A stretch of 64,000 nucleotides of DNA from NCBI GenBank assembly GCA_033763455.1, contig JANRKO010000011.1, forward strand, positions 32,001-96,000, written 5' to 3'. This DNA is from Polyangiaceae bacterium (GTDB taxonomy: Bacteria; Myxococcota_A; Polyangia; Polyangiales; Polyangiaceae). The position numbers and the translations under genes were made by a program. Below the pieces are notes generated by a model. The model was given only the letters and a program-made list of their open reading frames with translations. It was not told where the DNA came from and made no database searches. Shown here one piece after another: positions 39,701 to 49,380 of the stretch (position 1 is its first letter; each line of letters begins with the position of its first letter).

Positions 39701-41689
39701 ATGTGCTCTATCGTTCCACGCCTTGGGATCCTGTTGATTGGCGGCTCTTTGCTGGCGGTGGTCAGTCCGGCCCAAGCCTGGGTTGAATCCTCAGTGGAAT
39801 CCCAGGTGGTCACCGTGGAGCTCGATCGACAGGGCAAGGCCCAGGTGACTCAGGAGCTGCTCGTGAACGTGCGGGGCGGGCCACTTGAGAGTTACACCCT
39901 CGAAGGCGTCGATAGCGACGCTGAACCCCTCGCTGACTCTCGGGTGCTCGACACGCACTCTGACGACACGGCTGGCATCCCGATCTCAGCGACTCGCCTG
40001 CCCAATGGCAGCCTCAAGCTCTCGCTGGAAGAAGGGCGTGGGCTCTCGCGCGGCTCGTATCTCTTCCGCTTCGCATATCGCACGGACCTGTTGGGTAGGG
40101 GGCTGTTACGTGCACAGGTGGGGCACGCAGAACTGAACTGGAGCGGCCCTCGGCTCGCTGACGGCGTGGATTCAGCGAAAGCCATCTTTCGCTTCCCGCG
40201 CGCCGTCGTACCGCCCAGCCTACCTTCCCAAGATTTGGAACGCACGGCGCTAGGGCTGGATCCAGAGCTTGCTGGGGTTTTCATCAGTAATCTAGTGCGA
40301 GGTCAACGTTACGACGAAGTCGAGGTCGTACGGCTACACATCGCCGCGCGCGAGGCCCCCAATTACAAGCTTTGGGCCGGGCTCGACGCCTTCAACGAAT
40401 TCGCTCCCGTGCCCGCACAAACCGTCGTAAACCCCGCACCCCCCTCGCGAAATGAGCGGTGGAAGGCGCCTCTTTCGATAGCTATTGGGCTGCTTGGGAT
40501 GGGGCTCAGCCTCTTTCGCTTCAAGCGCAGTCAGGGGGTTGCAGCCGCCCTCAGTGCCAGGGTCGCGCCGCTGATTCCGGGTCCAAATCTGCTCCGAATA
40601 CCGCTCATCGGGGTTCTGGTCGGCGTAAGCGCAGCCTGCGCCCTCTTCACGCAGATCCCTTGGCTCGCCCTCGTGGGAACACTCGCGGCGTCAGCCCTAC
40701 TTTTGCACGACATCTCCGCAGCATCACCGCCGCTCCGGGGCCCAGGTGAATGGAAGCCCCTGACGGTGAAGGAATTGTCGGCTCTCTCGCGCGCTAGCGC
40801 ACATGTTGCGACCGGGGGTGTTGGATCCACGCACTGCGGCGTAGCGAGTTTTGGGTCAACAGGTGCCGGATCAACAAGTTCTGGAGCAGTCAATGTTGGC
40901 GGATTGGCAAGTGCTGGAGCTGCGAGCACTGGAGCAGCAAGCACTGGTGCCGTAAGCGCCGGAAGTCCTGGAGCAACAAGCACTGGTGCCGCTGTTGGCC
41001 CCAGCCGGTTCGGATTCAGTCGCCTTTCGACCTCTTTCAAGCTTCGACTAAGCTTCACGATGCTCCTTCTGAGCACGGTTGCCGCCATCACCTTCTTGCC
41101 GTTCGGCATGAGCGAACGGGTGACGTTTGGGCTCGTTTGGCTGTGCTTCTTGCTAGCTCTTGGCAGCTCTGGGCGTCGGGAACATGCGCAGGTCGCCGCG
41201 TTCGGCCAGACAGTGACCGAAATGCTGAAATACAGAAACGCTTTGGCAAAGCGCCGAGGCGTTGAGGTGCGGGTGCTTGGGCGTTTTGGCGCCGGTAGCA
41301 CGGTGCCCGACGAAATCCGTCTACGTGTCCTGCCGTGCCGTGCCAAGTCGGGGTTGCTGGGAGTTGAGTTGGGAACGATTCTTGGCCGAGGAGGAATGCT
41401 TCAGCCGTACGTCTTAGTGCGTGTTATGGACGGCTCGCTCGCCTGCCGCGCCTTACCATCTCGCATGGTCTGGGTGCGGGGCAGAAACGCCGAGGAACGC
41501 GTCGCTGTTGTTGCGCCGCGCGTGCCCATGCGGAGCGCTACACGTCAGCTGATTTTAGAGCTGGTAGAGTTGACCCGTGAGTCCGAGGTGGCGGAGCTCA
41601 AGCCATCCCAGAAAGCCACCAGTTCCGGCGGCAATTCGGCTCGCGCCTCGAAGGCTAAAATGCGCGTATCTCCTCCAAAAGCCGCGTAG
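39701..41689 (+). CDS. Membrane protein with exported N-terminal domain (DUF2207-like architecture) and S/T/G/A-rich insert
   Basis: Signal peptide AQA; several TM segments; low-complexity xSTGA repeats. Confidence 0.65.
   Translation: MCSIVPRLGILLIGGSLLAVVSPAQAWVESSVESQVVTVELDRQGKAQVTQELLVNVRGGPLESYTLEGVDSDAEPLADSRVLDTHSDDTAGIPISATRLPNGSLKLSLEEGRGLSRGSYLFRFAYRTDLLGRGLLRAQVGHAELNWSGPRLADGVDSAKAIFRFPRAVVPPSLPSQDLERTALGLDPELAGVFISNLVRGQRYDEVEVVRLHIAAREAPNYKLWAGLDAFNEFAPVPAQTVVNPAPPSRNERWKAPLSIAIGLLGMGLSLFRFKRSQGVAAALSARVAPLIPGPNLLRIPLIGVLVGVSAACALFTQIPWLALVGTLAASALLLHDISAASPPLRGPGEWKPLTVKELSALSRASAHVATGGVGSTHCGVASFGSTGAGSTSSGAVNVGGLASAGAASTGAASTGAVSAGSPGATSTGAAVGPSRFGFSRLSTSFKLRLSFTMLLLSTVAAITFLPFGMSERVTFGLVWLCFLLALGSSGRREHAQVAAFGQTVTEMLKYRNALAKRRGVEVRVLGRFGAGSTVPDEIRLRVLPCRAKSGLLGVELGTILGRGGMLQPYVLVRVMDGSLACRALPSRMVWVRGRNAEERVAVVAPRVPMRSATRQLILELVELTRESEVAELKPSQKATSSGGNSARASKAKMRVSPPKAA
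40850..40995 (+). repeat. Degenerate 15-bp in-frame tandem repeat (xSTGA)
   Basis: gcaagtgctggagct/gcgagcactggagca/gcaagcactggtgcc...acaagcactggtgcc. Confidence 0.6.
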
Positions 41690-42522
41690 CTTGCATGGAG
41701 CGCGTGGCGCTCGCCAAGCGCCGGATGCACTCCGCTCCCGTACACGCGATCCCCAACAATGGGGTAGCCAATACTAGCCAAGTGGGCTCGGATCTGGTGC
41801 CGATAGGCGCGCGATACCTCGACCTCTAAGAGTGAATGGCCATTGCGAACTCCGAGCACAGTGTAATCCGTCTTGCGCGTAGGTAAGGGAGACGCCTCGC
41901 TCTTGACCTCCACACGCCGCCCCGAGCGAGAGCTCGGCCCGAGTGCCCGCTCAACACTACCCGGACCTGGCACGCAGCCCTGAACCATTGCAAGATAACG
42001 CTTGATCAGCTTACCTTGAGTCAGGATGCCTCGCAGGCCTTGCCAGCTTTCGGCGTTTCGCGCGGCCACCAGCACTCCGGAAGTATAAGTGTCGAGCCGA
42101 TGGATGAGCCCGCCATCCCAACTACCGCCCAACCCTCGACATTCTGGAAACCGAGCCGCGAGAGCCTGAGCTAGTGTGCCGGTTTCGCCGGAATGGCGGG
42201 GTACCGAGGCTTGCCCTGCCGGCTTATTGAGCACCAAAAAGTCTGGCCGCTCCAAAAGTACGCTGAGCGGAGCGAGAGGATCAGGCTGCATTTCTGGCTG
42301 TTCCAGACGCACGCTCACCTGAGCACCAAGCGTTAAGACCCTGGATTTTTCTGAAGCTCTGCCGTTTACCTGAACACGACCTGCGGCAAGCAGACGCTTT
42401 ACGCCGCGACGACCCAACTCGGGAATGTGGTCGACCAAGAATTTGTCGAGGCGTTTACCTGCCTCGCTCTCATCAACTTGCCAAACGGTGAGCGCACGAG
42501 AACCAGCGCCTGCGGATGTCAC
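41545..42522 (-). CDS. RluA/RluD family pseudouridine synthase with S4 domain
   Basis: GKRLDKFL S4; NKPAG; HRLDTYTSG; HQIRAHL...PIVGD; ALHA; GTG start overlaps the upstream TGA. Confidence 0.92.
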   Translation of the reverse strand: MTSAGAGSRALTVWQVDESEAGKRLDKFLVDHIPELGRRGVKRLLAAGRVQVNGRASEKSRVLTLGAQVSVRLEQPEMQPDPLAPLSVLLERPDFLVLNKPAGQASVPRHSGETGTLAQALAARFPECRGLGGSWDGGLIHRLDTYTSGVLVAARNAESWQGLRGILTQGKLIKRYLAMVQGCVPGPGSVERALGPSSRSGRRVEVKSEASPLPTRKTDYTVLGVRNGHSLLEVEVSRAYRHQIRAHLASIGYPIVGDRVYGSGVHPALGERHALHASYAAFGGDTRILAFEARAELPPELVAFWDGLSSATSDSRVNSTSSKIS

Positions 42523-44024
42523 CAGGTACCCTGCACACCGGCCACCCATCCCATGTGCAGCGATGTGTCCTCGGGGGAACCTTCCTCGGACGTGAACGCC
42601 GGATCCCACGCTGGGCCCGCGTAGGGCAAGAGGGTCGTTGAAGTGCGAGCCTGCTCCGGCAAAGGGCCAGGGTCATTCTCCTTAGTATCCTCAGTGGCAA
42701 CGTAAGCAATAATGCCGCCAGCCACCATTCCGGCGGCAATCCCTGAAAGCCAAATCCGATTGCGCATAGCGTTCTCTTCGCGCTCCACGAGCAAGAGCGG
42801 GCTCAAAGCGGCCGCGCCGCCGAGACCACCCAATCCGATACCAACATCCAACATCAAGACCCGCGAGGGAGCAAAGCTCACCTGGGTTGCCAAAACACCG
42901 CCGAACACGGCACCTCCTGCGGTTCCCCAACCAATTCCGCGCTTAGAGACTGGCCCAGCGGGGCCGCCGTCGCGTTTCGACGAAAGGCCTGTGCGGCCGG
43001 CAACCATGAGCTCACCAATGCCTCCGAGCGCAAATCCAAAACCCGACGCCGAATGCAGAATTACTGCATCACCATCGTCAACATTGGCTTGGGATACGGC
43101 CGTTGCGGCCAAAGTGAGCCCTAACCCTGAGCCCAAAAGACCCCTCACATACCTATCTTTTACCTTCGAACCGTAGCCTTCCGCTAAGAATTGTGTCGCA
43201 ACGTTGGGCCACACCGCCCCCCCCGCGATGAACCATGCTTCTCCAGACGCAATATCCCATTCGTCGGAAACCACCATCGCCGTGCCAAGCCCAACCCCTG
43301 CGCCCAAGGCTGCCAATGGGTACGTGAGACGTAGATCTCGCGAACCGCTGGCTCGCTGCAAGGAAAACCCAGTATAACCGCCAAGAGCCGCCCCCGTTGC
43401 TACTAAAATCGCTCGGCCCGAAGAACGTACTTTTGAAGGAACCGTGCTGGCGCCGGGTGCCAACTCTCCCGTTCTCGCGCCAATGGAAAGCTGGCGCCGA
43501 CCGGCCGCCACCAGATCCCGAAGCATCACCATCACGCGGACTTCAAGCTCCGACTTGCCAAGGCTTTGCGACTTCGACAGGACCACCTCGCTTCCCGGTG
43601 GAACGACTATCAGCGTTACCTCAAAGTCCCCGTCGCCCGCTACGCCGATAATCGGCACGATAACCCAACTCGATGCGGCCAACGTTACCAGGTTCTCGCT
43701 TGATAGCGACTCAACGCGTAGATCCTGCCGACCCGAAAGATCCAAACTGAGATCTAGATCTTGAGCAGCCTCGACTACTACCTGCCCAAGATACCTCGCC
43801 CAGCTAGAGCGCTTTTCACCAAGTAAGCTCTGAGGCGCCGCCGCCAAGCCGTAGTGTGGCCTTCCTCCTTCAAATGACTTCACTTCCAACACAGGTAAGA
43901 TGCGCACCTGCGAAACGGGCTCAGCCTGTGTTGTCGCGGAATACAGCCACACCGCCATCGCCAACATGAAGGCGCCAAGAGAGGCCGCCGGGGTTCCCCA
44001 CCAAGCTTTGAGCAGCGCGCCCAC
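42519..44024 (-). CDS. Exported/membrane protein with glycine-zipper-like helices
   Basis: Signal peptide; many GxxxG hydrophobic segments; ends VQGTW. Confidence 0.65.
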   Translation of the reverse strand: MGALLKAWWGTPAASLGAFMLAMAVWLYSATTQAEPVSQVRILPVLEVKSFEGGRPHYGLAAAPQSLLGEKRSSWARYLGQVVVEAAQDLDLSLDLSGRQDLRVESLSSENLVTLAASSWVIVPIIGVAGDGDFEVTLIVVPPGSEVVLSKSQSLGKSELEVRVMVMLRDLVAAGRRQLSIGARTGELAPGASTVPSKVRSSGRAILVATGAALGGYTGFSLQRASGSRDLRLTYPLAALGAGVGLGTAMVVSDEWDIASGEAWFIAGGAVWPNVATQFLAEGYGSKVKDRYVRGLLGSGLGLTLAATAVSQANVDDGDAVILHSASGFGFALGGIGELMVAGRTGLSSKRDGGPAGPVSKRGIGWGTAGGAVFGGVLATQVSFAPSRVLMLDVGIGLGGLGGAAALSPLLLVEREENAMRNRIWLSGIAAGMVAGGIIAYVATEDTKENDPGPLPEQARTSTTLLPYAGPAWDPAFTSEEGSPEDTSLHMGWVAGVQGTW

Positions 44025-45562
44025 TAGAGCATCAACACAACGTTGAGCCAGGCATCGAAGGTATGGGAGCCATCTACCAAGAATCGACTCCCGGGATCAT
44101 CGATGACGCGGCGGAAATGGGGATTCGGCACGCCCGAAGCAGTAAAAGCACCACCCGATTGAGTGCGGCAGGGCCCGGCGTCTGCCACCGTGTTACTTTC
44201 GCCCGTGGCGCACGCCTGATCGTAGGTAATGAGGTGGGATTGCGTCAGCGTGAGTGCGCCGCCCATGTTGAACTTCACGTATTTTGCCGGCTGCCACGTG
44301 AACTCCGAGCTGAGCTTCATTTCGGCGTATTGCTGAGTATCTGTGAGGCCTTCGTTGTAAACCTTCGTGGACGTTGGGTCCACAATCGAAGGATCGGCGC
44401 TGGTGGCCGGAAACGCTGGATTACCCTTGAACCCAGCGAAGTTTGGATTCCTAAGGCTGGGGGCGTCGCTTGAGCCAAGCGCATCAAACAATTCCGTGTA
44501 ATCGCGCCCCTCGGACACATAGCTACCGGTGGAGCGGAAATCGAACGTTAAGCGCTGAAACTCGCCACGTGCTTCCCACGGGATCACGTTGATACCCACC
44601 ACCATTGAGCCACGCAAAGGCGGATGGTTCACAAGCACGCCCTTTAGGTCACGCGAAGGGCCGTATTCGCTGGAATCATTGGCAAACTCAAACAACGCAT
44701 TGAAGCCGCCGTAGGGCTCCACATATTTCACGCGCTTTGACAGATAAGTATGCACTTCGAGCCCTGTGGTGCCTCGGCTTACCCCCGCCGAACGATCCCC
44801 CGAAAAGCTGCCCTCCAAATCGACATCCCCACCTTTATCGGAGACACCATTGCGATTCACATCTGAAGGATGAGCACACTTTTTCTGCTGATCACCCATC
44901 AGATTCAAGGGCTTGGGATCTGAGTTGCAGGCACGCATCGGATCGGAAACACTGAAGCGCCCTTCCGCTCCGATTACCCACGTGGGCTTCGTGTAATCGC
45001 GCGCTTGATTCAGAAGCCCAATATCAAGCCCGACGGCTAAATATTCGATGCCGCTTCTGGTTGGGCTCTTGAACGGCAAACTAAAAAGACGCTCGCCCGG
45101 CAGGCCCATGAGCGTGGTGCTCTGCTGCGCGCCACTACCCTCGACCGAAGCCAGTTCACGGTCGTTGGAGAGGATAATCGGAAGCCGAAATACGAGCGCG
45201 AGGTCTTTGTAGAGCCCAACGTTAGCGCGCGTGTTGAGTCGACTCGTCGACTCGGAATACTTGGCCACGTTGAGCGCCCGCGACGTAAAGCCGCCCGAAG
45301 AGAGGCCATCTTGCGTGATGGAGGTTTCGCGGCGGATCTGCGCGGTTTTCCAAGTCTGAGCGAAGCCTGCGGTAAGCTCGAGATCAAACGGATCATCACC
45401 GTCAACCGCGTCCGCCACTTGCGTAATCTCAGCGGGCTCCGAGAAGAGCGTGGGCTCAGCCACCCCATGCGGCTCATCGGCTCGAGCATACCCCACCCAC
45501 GCGAACACACCTAGAAGTGCCGCGAGTCCCCCGAGTGACGTTCCTCTACGCAGCGTTGCCAT
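44024..45562 (-). CDS. Putative outer-membrane beta-barrel protein
   Basis: Signal peptide ARA; amphipathic beta strands. Confidence 0.55.
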   Translation of the reverse strand: MATLRRGTSLGGLAALLGVFAWVGYARADEPHGVAEPTLFSEPAEITQVADAVDGDDPFDLELTAGFAQTWKTAQIRRETSITQDGLSSGGFTSRALNVAKYSESTSRLNTRANVGLYKDLALVFRLPIILSNDRELASVEGSGAQQSTTLMGLPGERLFSLPFKSPTRSGIEYLAVGLDIGLLNQARDYTKPTWVIGAEGRFSVSDPMRACNSDPKPLNLMGDQQKKCAHPSDVNRNGVSDKGGDVDLEGSFSGDRSAGVSRGTTGLEVHTYLSKRVKYVEPYGGFNALFEFANDSSEYGPSRDLKGVLVNHPPLRGSMVVGINVIPWEARGEFQRLTFDFRSTGSYVSEGRDYTELFDALGSSDAPSLRNPNFAGFKGNPAFPATSADPSIVDPTSTKVYNEGLTDTQQYAEMKLSSEFTWQPAKYVKFNMGGALTLTQSHLITYDQACATGESNTVADAGPCRTQSGGAFTASGVPNPHFRRVIDDPGSRFLVDGSHTFDAWLNVVLML

Positions 45563-45631
45563 CTACGGTAGTGCAAGCTAGCGGTGCTAGGCAGAAACTG
45601 TCAATCCCACGGCCGAACAGCGAGGCCAACG

Positions 45632-46996
45632 TCAGTTCTCGGGCGAAACGCCTGGGCCAGAAAGCAGTGGATTCACGAGGGTGATACGCCCCGTTTCTTC
45701 GTCCTCGTCGTCGAAGATTTCCGCCGTGATGTCTTCGGCCGCGAGCTCTGCCTTGGCCTGCCCTAGCTCTCGACTGGTATCGGCAAGACGGTCCGCGAGC
45801 ACTCCCAAGAACTGCCACAAGAGCTTTACCGCAAGCTGGTGCTCTTTGCGCAAGATCTCAAAGAAATCAGTGCGTCGAATCACCATCAGCTCGCTTGGCC
45901 CGTCGGAGAGGACCGTGGCCGACCGGGGCTGACTGCGAACAAGGGCCATCTCTCCAAAGTGGTCACCAGCGGTCAACACCGCGATCTGAGCGTCCCCACG
46001 CACCACGCTAGCCTGCCCCGTAAGCACGATGAAGAGCTCCTCGCCCGAATCACCCTCGCGAATGATGTGCTGCCCGCTATCGTAAGCCACAACATCGGTG
46101 ACTTGCAGTACGCGCAAGAGCTCGCGATCGTTGAGCGGCCTAAAAAGAGGCATGCGCGCCAGGATATCGCGCTTCAACTGAAGCTGCTTGGCGCGCGTTT
46201 CATCCTTCGCCGCCGGATCCCCCACGGTGATAATACAAGCGGTGATGTTATCTTTGCCACCGCGCTCGTTAGCGGCGGCGATCATCTGCTTAACGGCCTG
46301 CTCTTCACTCGGCTGCATCAGCAGCTGGCCGAGCCCTTCGACGTTTTCCTCGAAGTACCCGCTCAAGCCATCCGAACACAAAAGAAAGCGATCTCCCGGC
46401 AGAAGATCGACCACTATGGTTTCGGGCTCGACGTGTTCGTAGACACCGACGGCACGCGTAATGGCATTCTTCTGCGCAAGCTTTTCCACCTGCTCGCGTG
46501 GCATCTTCTTGCGTTTGATGAGCTCGTTGTAAACGTTGTGATCTTCGGTGAGCTGCTGCAACTGTCCTTCGCGCAGCTGATACAACCGGCTGTCCCCGAC
46601 ATAGATGATGAAGGCTTGGCTGCCGACGATCAAAATGGCAACGAGCGTGGTGCCCATGCCGCGCTTCTTCGCGTCCCGCTGGGCCTCTGAATGCACCTTG
46701 CCTGAAGCTCGGTTAACCGCGAACTCCAGCATGTTCAAAAGGTCACGCTTGCTCACCCGCGCGCCACCTTTCTTCTCTGCTAGAAAATCTTCGATGAGCT
46801 CCACTTCGCGTTTCACTTCTTCGTGAAACGTACGAACCGCGATAGCACTCGCCACCTCACCCGCGGCATGCCCACCCATGCCATCGCACACGATGAAGAG
46901 CCCCAGCTTCTTGTCGACTAGGTAATTGTCCTCGTTGTGCTCGCGGACCTTGCCGACGTCGGTCAGGGCGGCGAACTTTAGTTCGAGTGCCTTCAT
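45632..46996 (-). CDS. PP2C Ser/Thr phosphatase fused to a cNMP-binding domain
   Basis: GKVREHNED, CDGMGGH, VGDSR, LLCSDGL, GGKDNIT; FGEMALV...PRSAT. Confidence 0.93.
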   Translation of the reverse strand: MKALELKFAALTDVGKVREHNEDNYLVDKKLGLFIVCDGMGGHAAGEVASAIAVRTFHEEVKREVELIEDFLAEKKGGARVSKRDLLNMLEFAVNRASGKVHSEAQRDAKKRGMGTTLVAILIVGSQAFIIYVGDSRLYQLREGQLQQLTEDHNVYNELIKRKKMPREQVEKLAQKNAITRAVGVYEHVEPETIVVDLLPGDRFLLCSDGLSGYFEENVEGLGQLLMQPSEEQAVKQMIAAANERGGKDNITACIITVGDPAAKDETRAKQLQLKRDILARMPLFRPLNDRELLRVLQVTDVVAYDSGQHIIREGDSGEELFIVLTGQASVVRGDAQIAVLTAGDHFGEMALVRSQPRSATVLSDGPSELMVIRRTDFFEILRKEHQLAVKLLWQFLGVLADRLADTSRELGQAKAELAAEDITAEIFDDEDEETGRITLVNPLLSGPGVSPEN

Positions 46997-47031
46997 GAAG
47001 TAGCAAGAATAACCAACCCAGCAAAAAGAAG

Positions 47032-47757
47032 CTACATACCGAAAGCCTCGTGGTCGAATAGCGAATATGCGCCGTTTTCAGCCACAATCACGTGATCGAG
47101 CAGAGGGACCCCGACCACCTCACACGCACGCCGAATGGCCAGGGTCATCACCACATCCTCCTGGCTCGGCTCGGGATCCCCGCTGGGATGGTTATGAACC
47201 AGCAGAATTGAGGTCCCCGCAGCTCTTAGCGCCGGCCTTAGCACGTCCTTCACCGTGAGGGCGCAGCCATGGACCCCACCGGATGCCACCCGCTGCAGAG
47301 CCTTCAGATGATTCTTGGCATCGAGCACCAACAACCACACTTCCTCATGCTCCAGGCCCGCGAGCCGCGGCCTGGCCCATTTTACCACCTGCTCAAACTG
47401 CGTGAACCTGAAGAGCTCTGGCACTGGCTCGCGAAAGGTTGACCGTCTTCCGAGCTCTAGCGCGGCAGCGATGCAGGCGGCCCGCGTCTCACCAAGGCCG
47501 GACATGGCAAGCAACGAGTGAAGCCCTTGGGAGGCAATACCCTGCACGCCGCCGTAGGTTTCAAGAAGCGCCACCGAACGCGCTAGGAGCTTCGGCTCCC
47601 GCGACCTGCGACCAAGCAACAATGCGAGCAGCTCGTGATCCCCAAGGGACTCCACCCCGTAGAGGAGCGTCCGTTCATAGAGGGATGGATTTTCACGCGC
47701 GGGCGGAGATGACTTTGGAGCCGAAGGGGACTGCGAAGAAGCGAGAGAGAGCATCAT
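47032..47757 (-). CDS. radC: RadC (JAB domain) protein
   Basis: ERTLLYGVESLGDHELLALLL; HEE; VHNHPSGDPEPSQED; LLDHVIV. Confidence 0.93.
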   Translation of the reverse strand: MMLSLASSQSPSAPKSSPPARENPSLYERTLLYGVESLGDHELLALLLGRRSREPKLLARSVALLETYGGVQGIASQGLHSLLAMSGLGETRAACIAAALELGRRSTFREPVPELFRFTQFEQVVKWARPRLAGLEHEEVWLLVLDAKNHLKALQRVASGGVHGCALTVKDVLRPALRAAGTSILLVHNHPSGDPEPSQEDVVMTLAIRRACEVVGVPLLDHVIVAENGAYSLFDHEAFGM

Positions 47758-47760
47758 CGC

Positions 47761-47875
47761 GCTTCAGCACGAAGTGTGCCGGCACTGAAGCGCCGGAACT
47801 TAGGGCGAAACCCAGAGCGGCTACGTTGGCGAAAACGGCCAGGTGTCGGTGATGGACGGATGGCTCAGGTTGCGA
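47761..47875 (-). promoter_or_regulatory. radC upstream element with sigma54 promoter (copy A of a diverged direct repeat)
   Basis: CCGGCACACTTCGTGCT (47782-47766, GG-N10-GC); CGACACCTGGCC...CGCCAACGT upstream. Confidence 0.65.
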
Positions 47876-47896
47876 GTGAAGGGAACTCTTCAAAGT

Positions 47897-48787
47897 TCAA
47901 CTCAAAACCTGTTCCAAGGTGGCGGCCGTAAGCACTCGCTCAGCAAAGCGCTCCAGATCGTCTGGCGAAGCTGTTCTTACGCGATCGGCCAGAGCCTGCT
48001 CAATGTGACCGAAACGCAACGTGAGCTGCTTCAAGACGACTTCAGCTTTGCCCTCGGCTTTGCCCCGAGCCTCGCCCTCGGCCTCGCCCTCGGCACGACC
48101 GATGGAGATGTAACGGCGAGCGAACTCACTCTGAAATTCGTATTTGGCTGGGTCCATGGCTTGGAGGGCCTTTCTGGCGGCGGTCCCTAGATTGGCTAGG
48201 ATGAGATCAGTGTAAAGGACGGATAGTTCCTCGTCGAGGCCGATGCTGGCAGCCATAGCAGCGAGGGCGATGCGGACGGATTTATCGGTGTTGGTGCTCT
48301 TGCCGTGAGCCATGGCGGACAGGACGGCCAGCTCGGGATCCGCCTTGGCAACGTTTTCGTCTTCGACTTCGGGGACGCCCGATGGGCCCAAGACAAGCGG
48401 CGTGAATGTGTTGCCGCCGCCAAGGTGAATGGGCTTTGCGGCCCACTTGGCTACCGACTCGGTGGACGTGACTACGAGGAGGACGACAGGGCACCGAATC
48501 CGCGTTCGGAGATGAACCGAATAGCCTGGCCAGACGAACAACTTATCGTCGTCTGGTTGAAGCTGTGCTTCTACTACTATGCCAAGCACGGGCTTATTGT
48601 CGTAGAGGAGGACGACGAGATCGGCGTGATACTGAACGGGCTGAAGCTCCGTGAATTCGCCGGACTCAACTCGTATTTCTGTGTACTCGGGAAGCGTTAC
48701 GTGAAGAGCGTCGCGAAGCAGCTCGGGGGCGAGCGCGGGCCGATTGCGGAATAACAGGAGCAGAGCTTCGTGAAGGACAGAGGGAAT
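47897..48787 (-). CDS. Rpn-like PD-(D/E)XK nuclease with DUF4351-type C-terminus; non-canonical or mutated start
   Basis: ADLVV...IVVEAQL; GRAEGEAEGEARGKAEGKAE repeats; QLTLRFG...LERFAERVLTAATLEQVL; conserved N-terminus begins at ATT 48787. Confidence 0.8.
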   Translation of the reverse strand: MPSVLHEALLLLFRNRPALAPELLRDALHVTLPEYTEIRVESGEFTELQPVQYHADLVVLLYDNKPVLGIVVEAQLQPDDDKLFVWPGYSVHLRTRIRCPVVLLVVTSTESVAKWAAKPIHLGGGNTFTPLVLGPSGVPEVEDENVAKADPELAVLSAMAHGKSTNTDKSVRIALAAMAASIGLDEELSVLYTDLILANLGTAARKALQAMDPAKYEFQSEFARRYISIGRAEGEAEGEARGKAEGKAEVVLKQLTLRFGHIEQALADRVRTASPDDLERFAERVLTAATLEQVLS

Positions 48788-48842
48788 TTGAGCGCATTGC
48801 CGCGCCTCACTGCGCCGAACGGCGAGTGCGGGAGCCTCCAGT

Positions 48843-48973
48843 GCTTCAGCAGGAAGCGTGCCCGCTCCGAGGGGGCACAAACTGAGCGCCCTTCTGGGAA
48901 ACCGGGGACAGCCACGTTGGCGAAACTAGCCAAGTGTCGGCGCTGGACGGTCAGGCCAAAGCCAAGGTTGCGA
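48843..48973 (-). promoter_or_regulatory. rpn upstream element with sigma54 promoter (copy B of the diverged direct repeat)
   Basis: CGGGCACGCTTCCTGCT (48864-48848); CGACACTTGGC...CGCCAACGT; collinear with 47761-47875. Confidence 0.65.
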
Positions 48974-49004
48974 TCCCCCTTGCTTTCGTCGGGAGCTTGC
49001 GTCA

Positions 49005-49028
49005 ATGTACAACCAAATGGTTGTACAT
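49005..49028. promoter_or_regulatory. ArsR-family operator palindrome
   Basis: ATGTACAACCA-aa-TGGTTGTACAT, perfect 11-bp arms at the regulator start. Confidence 0.75.
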
Positions 49029-49376
49029 GTAAGCGCTTCTTCGGCGAGCATTGACCGGATTTTCCGGGCAATGGCCGACCCCACTCGCCGGGACATTGTC
49101 GAGCGGGTGCTGAAGGGCGAGCAATCCGTGAGTGCCCTCGCGGATCGCTACCAGATGTCGTTCGCCGCCGTGCAGAAGCATGTCGCCGTGCTCGAACGTG
49201 CGGGCCTTGCCAAAAAACATGCACGTGGCCGCGAGCGGCTCGTGAGCGCCAACATAGGCTCTATTCGCAAAGTTCGTAATCTGCTCGACCGCTACGAGGC
49301 GCTTTGGAGGGACCGCATCGATCGCCTCGACGCCCTACTTGCTGAGCCAGAGCACCCCTCCACCACGAAGGAATAA
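49005..49376 (+). CDS. ArsR/SmtB family transcriptional regulator
   Basis: IFRAMADPTRRDIV...MSFAAVQKHVAVLERAGL; start could be ATG 49017. Confidence 0.92.
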   Translation: MYNQMVVHVSASSASIDRIFRAMADPTRRDIVERVLKGEQSVSALADRYQMSFAAVQKHVAVLERAGLAKKHARGRERLVSANIGSIRKVRNLLDRYEALWRDRIDRLDALLAEPEHPSTTKE

Positions 49377-49380
49377 CCCC

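Noticed and set aside
48040..48100. 12-bp tandem repeats as a separate element
   Set aside because: They encode the ordinary GxAE repeat of Rpn C-termini
47761..48973. IS/transposon ends or CRISPR repeats around rpn
   Set aside because: Only two long, diverged, direct copies; no terminal inverted repeats, transposase, spacers or cas genes
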